Part shown: one piece after another, positions 1 to 6,152 of the stretch
Position numbering within the stretch: position 1 is the stretch's first letter
How the letters are laid out: every line of letters begins with the position of its first letter
Origin: Selaginella moellendorffii
Taxonomy: Eukaryota > Plantae > Lycopodiophyta
Direction: 5' to 3'
Assembly (NCBI RefSeq): GCF_000143415.4
Contig: NW_003314696.1
Span: 1-6,377 of the forward strand
DNA length: 6,377 nucleotides
Position numbers and translations under genes: made by a program
The notes under the pieces: model-generated
The model's input: only the letters and a program-made list of their open reading frames with translations
The model's database searches: none
What the model was told of the DNA's origin: nothing

Positions 1-164
1 AGCTCCTCGAGCAGTGGAAGAAAAAGAGGCGGCTAAAGTCATGGAGCACCAAACTAAAACGTACTCGATTCATGGGTCACCGTCGCAGCAAAAAATCGTA
101 TACAATCGCAGGCGCTAAGTCGGCGCCACAAGTGGAAAAACTCGATCAGAACAACGACTTTGCA

Positions 165-170
165 TATAAA
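165..170 (+). promoter_or_regulatory. TATA box of PR-1
   Basis: TATAAA at 165-170, 47 nt upstream of the PR-1 ATG, a position compatible with a short 5' UTR. Confidence 0.6.
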
Positions 171-211
171 CGTAAGAGTTTGCTCTTGATTGTGAACATC
201 ACCCCAGCAAC

Positions 212-724
212 ATGAAATCTCCCTTCTCTCCTCTCCTCGTTGCAACTCTGGCGATCTTCTTTTGTGATGCTTTGGTTGTTCTTCGAGCAAGCCAGCAGAG
301 TGACCTTGTCGACGCACACAACGCAGCTCGATCGGCTGTGAATGTCTCGGGGCTGGTTTGGAACGATACAGTGGCCGCGTTTGCATCAAGCTGGGCGGCA
401 ACTCTCCGGGATCAAAACAACTGCGCGCTGATCCACTCGGGTGGGAGATATGGCGAGAATTTGTGGAAGTGGTGGGGAAGTCCCGGCTTGCCTGCTCCTC
501 CCGCCACTGACGCTGTGGCTGCCTGGGTGAACGAGCGAGTCGACTACAACTATGCGTCAAACACTTGCGCGGCGGGGAAGGTCTGTGGACACTACACGCA
601 GGTTGTGTGGAAGAACTCTGTTCGAGTTGGATGCGCTTATGTCCAGTGCAATGGTATGAATGCTTACCTTGTTAGTTGCAACTATGATCCACCAGGAAAT
701 TATATAGGCCAGAAACCATATTGA
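212..724 (+). CDS. PR1: Pathogenesis-related protein 1 (PR-1, CAP/SCP superfamily), secreted, 170 aa, intronless
   Basis: Hydrophobic N-terminal signal peptide ([26 protein letters not shown]). Canonical PR-1 motifs [38 protein letters not shown] and [19 protein letters not shown] box upstream and AATAAA downstream. Confidence 0.97.
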   Translation: MKSPFSPLLVATLAIFFCDALVVLRASQQSDLVDAHNAARSAVNVSGLVWNDTVAAFASSWAATLRDQNNCALIHSGGRYGENLWKWWGSPGLPAPPATDAVAAWVNERVDYNYASNTCAAGKVCGHYTQVVWKNSVRVGCAYVQCNGMNAYLVSCNYDPPGNYIGQKPY

Positions 725-751
725 CATGGTTTATGCACTGATATCTGAAAG

Positions 752-757
752 AATAAA
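752..757 (+). terminator. Candidate polyadenylation signal of PR-1 (second AATAAA at 807-812)
   Basis: AATAAA 28 nt after the PR-1 stop codon in AT-rich 3' sequence. Confidence 0.4.
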
Positions 758-955
758 CAGCAGTAAATATGCATAAGAATATTACACTCAACTCAATGTC
801 AAGGTCAATAAAGACTTTCCCATGGTAAGTCCATCAATCCCCAGTCTTGGGGGAGGGGAAATAATCTTCTCTCGATTGAACGAATGGGTAGCAAAGTGTG
901 TGGGTTATCGGGGGAACTCTGCCGAGCGAATTGAGTGTACCGGCGAAACGCTTAT

Positions 956-971
956 TTGACTTCCATTGACT
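956..971 (+). promoter_or_regulatory. Tandem W-box pair (TTGACT at 956-961 and 966-971)
   Basis: Two exact TTGAC(C/T) WRKY-site matches 10 bp apart. A third (TTGACC, minus strand) lies at 803-808. Function not shown by sequence alone. Confidence 0.3.
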
Positions 972-1126
972 TTTTTTTTATCATAGTAGTTCTCTCTTAG
1001 GAGGATTTATTGCATTTACGAGCGTCATCGGCGCAAGGCTGATGAAACAGAGGTTACATTCTCAAATTCAACTGTAAATCAACAACAGTAGGTAGATAGA
1101 TAGATTCATGGCATGATGCCAAGTTT

Positions 1127-1813
1127 CTAGTTCTTGGCAGGCACGAGGGCGAAACCAATCCCGCGCATGTAGTCCGAGGTGAATCCATACAAGCCCACGA
1201 TCTCGCTCGCGTCCGCCGTCTGAAAGCTCGTCTGGCCGCTCATCTCATGCCCGCCATACGGGCCGTACGTGATGCTCTTGCCGGTGATGTTGTTGTACGT
1301 GACGAACGACAGCTCCGTCACCGTGACCCCCTGGTTCTGCTCGCTGCTGTATGGCCCGTACTTGCCGGTGGCGCGCACGAACCTCTCGGACGGATAGGCG
1401 ACTTGGATCTGCGTCATGGAAGGGAATGATTAGGAGAAGAGAAAACTGCTCATTTTGGTTCGTTTGGGAGACTGACCTCTGTGAATTGCGTGGTTGTGCC
1501 GTGGTTAGCCATCCAGGTTGAAGAGCTGCCGGTGGCGTATTGTCCCTGGATGCCGTCGATCACCCAGCCGTAGTGTACGCGGATTGCGGTGAGAGTTTTG
1601 ATCGCCGAGGAAGAACTCGTGTCGTTGAATCCCACTCCCGCGTTGGTGCCGTAGAGCGGAGACCAGGAGCGCGCTTCCACCGCGACGACGACAAGCTACG
1701 AGAAAACAACAAAATTCATCACTGGGAATGGATCGAAGAAACATCAATGGAGTGGAGTAATGAGCTAATCTGTATACCAGGAGAACAACGAAGGATCTCA
1801 ACAATGCAGCCAT
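1127..1813 (-). CDS. Jacalin-related lectin (single beta-prism domain) with signal peptide, 178 aa; exons 1813-1778, 1695-1477, 1408-1127
   Basis: Two phase-0 GT-AG introns: 1777-1696 (82 nt, GTATAC...TTCTCGTAG) and 1476-1409 (68 nt, GTCAGT...GACGCAG). They join MAALLRSFVVLL / LVVVAVEARSWSPLYG...FND...IRVHYGWVIDGIQGQY...NHG...FTE / IQVAYPSERFVRATGKYG...VTELSFVT...TYGPYG...EIVGLYGFTSDYMRGIGF. These match the jacalin pattern (IDxI, HG, YPxE, LxFxT, TYGPYG, IVGxxG, IG). Confidence 0.9.
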
Positions 1814-2102
1814 TGCACAGCTCTGAAACTTCTCTCCCTTGCTATAATCGACTGCTACCAAGAGAAGAAGAAACTCCTTGTGTAGACGGGAAATGTTGTG
1901 CAGCCTTTGCTTTGGCTTTGATTGCAGCCTTCTTGGACAGCAACATGCAAACAAGAGTCCCGTGAAGGAATATGGTATATAACTGCACGAACTCTGTTGT
2001 AAGATAGCTTTCGGATGGTATGCCACAGTCATGTCAGCCTTAGTAGTATTAATCATAATAGGATCGGATTAATGTATTATCACGACAATATGTTTCCTAT
2101 AA

Positions 2103-3289
2103 TCAGTTGTTTAGGATTCTGAGCGTCTCAATGTTTCGCGTCCCAAGGTGGTTCTTGTAGAAGTTGTCCATGTACTCTCTGAACAAGCATGCTTTGAACA
2201 CGGGAGGATTGTCACCTAGCAACTCCTCCAGTGGGGCAATATGTTTATCATCTGTAGGACCATAAAATGAAGCAATTGAAACTCGTGGCCTCTTAGTGTT
2301 CACTAGAACTCGATGCTCCGCACTCTTATATTTATTGTTGCTTAGTATCTGTAAGAGGGAAACTAAGAGCTCATAAAAAATGTCATCAAATTATTTCACC
2401 TGGAGCATGTCTGCTACATTAATGACTAATGCGCCTTCAACTGGCTTCACAGGAATCCATTGGCCATTGTAGTTAACCTCAAGGCCCTCAACTCCAAGTT
2501 CTTGTTGTAATACCGTTATGGTTCCTGGATCAGCATGACAACCTATACCAATTGCTTGATCAGGGCATGGACACTGTGGATAATATGTCATCTTCATGGT
2601 TTGCTTGGGAGGATCCAAGTGTTTCTCCAGGATCTGCCAATCTAGACCAAGGTTTTGAGCAATAATTCGCAATAGTTTTCTGGCAAGTTCGTCCACAGCC
2701 TTGGCGTAATTGCTTGTAATTTTCCTTTGTTATAATGAATATATAGTGTTAAAACAGAAAAAAGTAAAATAAAAAGATCTGTAAAAGGAAAGTTTGTACC
2801 TGTAATTTGGAATACTTTCTGGTACATCATCCTCGTGAACTGCTGGCTGACAGTGCTGGAACAAATAGTCGCTCCAAAACTTTTTCTTTGCACTTGCTAC
2901 GGATCCTGTGGAGAATCTAAAGCTCTTGTAGATATCTGTTGAGTAGTAAACCATCCTTTCCTTGGCAGGCAAGTTAAAAAAGTAATGGACCATTTTGATG
3001 ATGTCTTGCATAAGCTCGTTAGATATCCCATGGCCCATGACCTGACTAGAACAATTTGCAAAGTATTTCAGAAGAGATTATTTACCTGGAAAAAGCCCCA
3101 TTTCTGGCATGCTAGATGAATTGCTTCAGCTGCTGATTTTCTTTTCAAATCATCACTATCTATGCCACTTAAGTCAATAATTGGGAGGTTGTTTGGAGCT
3201 TTGATGGTTATGCCTTTGCATATGGATGTCAAATATTCATTTGGTACATGATCTATACCCAAATCCACCATTGCTCTCACACCAGCCAT
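2103..3289 (-). CDS. 2-oxoglutarate/Fe(II)-dependent dioxygenase (DOXC class, DMR6/DLO/FNS-I-like), about 338 aa; exons 3289-3086, 3041-2800, 2724-2400, 2348-2103
   Basis: Spliced ORF has the DIOX_N motifs LPIIDLS and ACQKWGFFQ|VMGHGI, then YYPQCP, the HxD...H iron triad (CHADPG; AEHRV), INVADMLQ|ILSNNKYKS and the 2OG-binding RxS (RVSIASF). Introns: 3085-3042 (44 nt), 2799-2725 (75 nt, AAG acceptor), 2399-2349 (51 nt), at the usual DOXC positions. The start is slightly uncertain because an acceptor-like TTTTCTGAAACAG ends at 3307. Confidence 0.93.
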
Positions 3290-3484
3290 AATATTTTCTA
3301 AATAACCTGTTTCAGAAAACACAGAACATTGTTATATTCACTACATTTTATAGGTAATCTCGCCATACATTTTGTAAGTATCCCAGATTAAAGGTAAGAA
3401 TAGAGGTTAGTTATGTTAAAACTAAAGGTATAGATTTACAGTTTATTCAAACTAAAGGGCCTAAATGACGGATAAATAAAAAAT

Positions 3485-4228
3485 TTACAACCTTATCAAG
3501 TTGGCAAAAAGCTCATATGAAGCAGAATGTTCTTTTTCTAGTCCGATTATTTCCCTAGCAACCGAAGCTCCATGTTGAGCATCATTGTTACTTCGGCTTG
3601 CTCCAAACAAGCACCTCCACTGAATCGAATCTGGTACATATGGCATGTTAGCTACAAGATCTTGCGCATTTTCCAAATGCCCGGCTCGCCCAAAGACATC
3701 GATCATGCAGCAATAGTGCTGCTTGCTCGGTTGAAACCCAAAATCAAGACTCATCGACAGGAAGAGCGATTTTGCAGTGGAAACCTTCCCTCCCTGGCTG
3801 CAAGCAATGAGGATCGATACAAAACACACCTTGTCAATTGATCCCGCCATCTTCATCTCGTCAAAAACAACAAAAGCTTCCAAGTAGAGCCCGTTTTGAA
3901 CAAGAGCGGCAAGCATAGCGCTCCAGCAGATGGTGTCCCGTTCGGGAAGCGACTCAAACAGCCTTTCGGAATGCCTGACGTGACCATTGTGAGCATACGC
4001 TGCGAGCATCGCAGTCCACGAAACCACGTCGCGTTCCAGCATGTTGTCGAACAAAACCTTGGACTCTCGCAGCTGCTTGTGCTGCGCATACGACGCAAGC
4101 ATGGCTGTCGAAGACGTGGAGTTGTGCTGAGGCATCAGTCCAAAAGTTTGCTTGGCTTCGTCCAAGAGACCGTTCTGGGCATATGCCGAAAGCATGGTGC
4201 TCCAAGAAACGATGTCTTGCTCGGGCAT
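3485..4228 (-). CDS. PLS-class pentatricopeptide repeat protein, E subgroup (SS-SS-SS-P2-L2-S2-E1-partial E2, no DYW); open 3' part of a probably disrupted gene
   Basis: 31-aa repeats DIVSWSTMLSAYAQNG..., NSTSSTAMLASYAQ..., DVVSWTAMLAAYAHNG...; then P2 DTICWSAMLAALVQNG, L2 DKVCFVSILIACSQGG, S2 HYCCMIDVFGRAGHLENA and E1 DSIQWRCLFGASR. Ends at SYELFANLIRL*. The ATG at 4228 is an internal repeat Met and there is no transit peptide. Confidence 0.88.
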   Translation of the reverse strand: MPEQDIVSWSTMLSAYAQNGLLDEAKQTFGLMPQHNSTSSTAMLASYAQHKQLRESKVLFDNMLERDVVSWTAMLAAYAHNGHVRHSERLFESLPERDTICWSAMLAALVQNGLYLEAFVVFDEMKMAGSIDKVCFVSILIACSQGGKVSTAKSLFLSMSLDFGFQPSKQHYCCMIDVFGRAGHLENAQDLVANMPYVPDSIQWRCLFGASRSNNDAQHGASVAREIIGLEKEHSASYELFANLIRL

Positions 4229-4429
4229 TTCCTCAAAGATCTAGTTTGCTCTGCTTATCCGGCCCTCGGCAGCGGTCGCCGCGAGGATTGCATTCCAACA
4301 CAGAAGATTGTGCCGAGGCATATCCTGTAACAATCGCGTCGCAAGATCAAGATACCCGCATTGGGCATAAGCTGCAACCATGGCGGTCTGCGATACCGAA
4401 TCCCTCTGCGGCATGTCCTCAAACAGTCG
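4229..4429 (-). pseudogene. Upstream in-frame continuation of the PPR gene (two more S-type motifs) with a premature TAG at 4243-4241
   Basis: The same frame reads RLFEDMPQRDSVSQTAMVAAYAQCGYLDLATRLLQDMPRHNLLCWNAILAATAAEGRISRAN*IFEE(M). PPR similarity ends at a second TAG (4432-4430). Confidence 0.85.
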
Positions 4430-4723
4430 CTACATTGACGATGTAACAACAACACTACTTAGGGGGAGGGAGGGGGGCATCCATCTTTTTGCTTACACCA
4501 GGTCTCTTACTTCCCTTTACATATTTTGAGGCCAATGTATGTGAGGAGGCCCCTTCGCTGTCGATGAAAAGCTTACAAAGTATTTGTGTATGTGAGGTAC
4601 ATAGTTGGACGAAAAGGGGTGTAGTATATATTATATTGGCTTTCGTCGTCCTTGTAGTACTCTTTTCAGTGTCTCGAGATGACGAACACCACGTAACTAG
4701 AAAAATCTGTGTGAGTGACACGA

Positions 4724-4726
<3 letters not shown>

Positions 4727-4760
<34 letters not shown>
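4727..4760. repeat. (AG)17 microsatellite
   Basis: Perfect dinucleotide run, directly visible. It lies inside a candidate minus-strand intron 4771-4707 (GTGAGC...CACAG). Confidence 0.97.
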
Positions 4761-4762
<2 letters not shown>

Positions 4763-5222
4763 CGAGCTCACCGACACACTCGCTGAACGCGCTATCCCTA
4801 GATTCACGGGAACCAGAATATTCCACTACTTATCAGATTCGATCGATCAATGGCGCCGGGTGCATGCTAGATTTCTAGAACCCGAGGTGAGTCGGCGCAG
4901 ATCTAGAGCTCCGCGCCACAGGGATACCTTTTCCATCGACCAGGGGGTTACCCTTCGATCATGAGGGCGAGAGGCTACATCTTGCCGATCTTTGTGCTGC
5001 TCGCATGCTTTTCCTTGGCAGCGGTGCGCTCAGCTCGTCAGTAGCGGATCATCGGTCGACAAGGCGGGATTTCCGTCCGTGTTGAGGCTCAGGAAAGCTG
5101 CCAAGGAGGAGTGGTGTGAGCCAAATTATGGCTTCTTGCCCTGCTCCCGCAAAAATCAACGGCCAATTTACACTGGCCTCCGCAAAAACTGCTTGAAAAG
5201 CTTACCCTTTGCGACTCAAATA

Positions 5223-5630
5223 TCACGTCACAAACGCCACAAGTGCCGTGGTATCATCTAGCTTTCCACCGCTCCAATTCATTCTCGCCTTTGCAGCCGC
5301 CCTGGCAAACGGGCTGTCCAAACGCTCGGCCTGCGCCCCAGCTACACGGTCTGCTGCAGCTGCCTGGCGACAACAGCGAGAGTTCACCTTCAAGTTGACT
5401 TGGTCGGACCCAAAGAGATGTTTTAAGAACTTCGATTATGTCGTCGTTGAAGAGATTGTGAAAAAGGCCATCAGTTCCCAAAACAATGATCTTGAATTCC
5501 GAAAATTAGCGAAGTTAAGGGAAAAGCAAGAGTACCTCTGCAACCGTCGGATGGTCACCAAAAGTTCCAACTTGAAACGGAAAGTTGACATTCTTGGGCT
5601 TTGGTTACCCAGGATGCAGATATACATTCA
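5223..5630 (-). pseudogene. Decayed C-terminal part of a PTC7-type protein phosphatase 2C (PPM family)
   Basis: Ordered motifs in shifting frames: NFPFQVGTFGDHPTVAE (5586-5536), intron-like GTACTC...AAG (5535-5491), IIVLGTDGLFHNLFNDDIIEVL (from 5490), then after a frameshift DSPFARAAAKARMNWSGGKLDDTTALVAFVT* (5318-5223). These match the PTC7 signatures FNxPxQ, GTDGLFDN, SPF and GGKxDD. Lesions include frameshifts near 5590 and 5420-5365, and DN->HN. Confidence 0.8.
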
Positions 5631-5849
5631 CTGCAAGACACGCAGCTTGACGGAACAGTGACTTCTCCTTCAAGCGATATGTAGGGATTTACAACGAGCC
5701 GATGGGTCCAAGTAGAAATGGATGTCTTTAGGACGCTAAGACAAAACGTCTTTGGACAACATGCTTTTTTGGCTGGCCAAGTCTCTTACTAAAGCAGAGA
5801 TCCGAGTTTTAATTGACCAAGCCAAGAGCTCTCTATTAGGTGGAGATAC

Positions 5850-5940
5850 CTCTCATTGTACAGCTATGGTTCAATCGTAAGAACCAGCCGCAAGAAGATT
5901 TGTCTGATGTCCGCTAAAAGCACCACAGATACGAATGCGG
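5850..5940 (-). pseudogene. WD40-repeat remnant (possibly WRAP53/TCAB1-like)
   Basis: Reads VSVV/AFSGHQTNLLAAGSYD*TIAV with a frameshift and a stop at 5873-5871, followed by a donor AG|GTATCT at 5849. AFS...LLAAGSYDxTI is a WD40 blade pattern. The subfamily guess is from memory only. Confidence 0.4.
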
Positions 5941-5965
5941 CGCTGGCGCCAGGCTAGATTTTGGG

Positions 5966-5987
5966 CACACTATCAACACACTATCAA
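5966..5987. repeat. 11-bp tandem duplication (CACACTATCAA x2)
   Basis: Exact copies at 5966-5976 and 5977-5987, abutting the stop codon of the zinc-finger ORF. Confidence 0.85.
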
Positions 5988-6152
5988 TCACACATCTATG
6001 TCCTTGCTGCTGCTCCTGGACGATCCATCACAACTGGGGCACTGGATCTTCCCCTGCCCCTTGCACGCCCGGCATTTGGGCCCCGAATTCCGCTCCTTGA
6101 GGTCGGAGAACTCGGATCGCTGGAGCCACCCCATGCTCCAAAGCTTGCGATC
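5988..6152 (-). CDS. DnaJ-type (CxxCxGxG) zinc-finger coding exon: either a 48-aa ORF from ATG 6134 or the terminal exon of a longer or decayed gene
   Basis: After a strong acceptor (T13 tract, TTTTCCAG ending at 6153) the frame reads DRKLWS-MGWLQRSEFSDLKERNSGPKCRACKGQGKIQCPSCDGSSRSSSKDIDV*. GC-rich, coding-like sequence. ATG context AGCATGG. Confidence 0.6.
   Translation of the reverse strand, partial: DRKLWSMGWLQRSEFSDLKERNSGPKCRACKGQGKIQCPSCDGSSRSSSKDIDV

Noticed and set aside
2-118. Open + frame at the window edge (APRAVEEKEAAKVMEHQ...)
   Set aside because: Short, no motif, and overlaps the likely PR-1 promoter; cannot be supported.
54-560. 168-aa minus-strand ORF
   Set aside because: Antisense shadow of PR-1 with no recognisable motifs.
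1247-2056. ORFs 1247-1429(+), 1505-2056(-) and 1540-1965(+)
   Set aside because: Shadow or alternative frames of the spliced lectin. Only MAALLRSFVVLL within 1505-2056 is used, as exon 1.
3307-3495. In-frame PPR-dioxygenase fusion by splicing
   Set aside because: The donor-like GTs at the PPR 3' end are phase 2 while the acceptor at 3307 needs phase 1, so no in-frame join was found.
3572-4455. Several overlapping ORFs on both strands across the PPR
   Set aside because: Alternative-frame or antisense by-products of GC-rich PPR coding sequence.
4536-4597. TGTATGTGAGG direct repeat (4536, 4587) as a CRISPR-like or tandem unit
   Set aside because: Only two 11-bp copies in eukaryotic context; no array.
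4453-4832. CACTACTTA at 4453 and 4824 as CACTA termini or a 9-bp target-site duplication
   Set aside because: The copies are direct rather than inverted, no terminal inverted repeats lie inside them, and 9-mer matches are expected by chance in 6 kb.
4455-4878. ORFs 4455-4826(-) and 4489-4878(+)
   Set aside because: Non-ATG starts, run through the (AG)17 microsatellite (LSLSLS/ERERER) and show no domain signal.
4865-4920. GC hairpin followed by CTAG on the minus strand as a Helitron 3' end
   Set aside because: The stem is imperfect, the CTAG is not followed by the expected T, and no matching 5' end was identified.
5209-5661. 150-aa + strand ORF
   Set aside because: Antisense to the PP2C relic, non-ATG start, no motifs.
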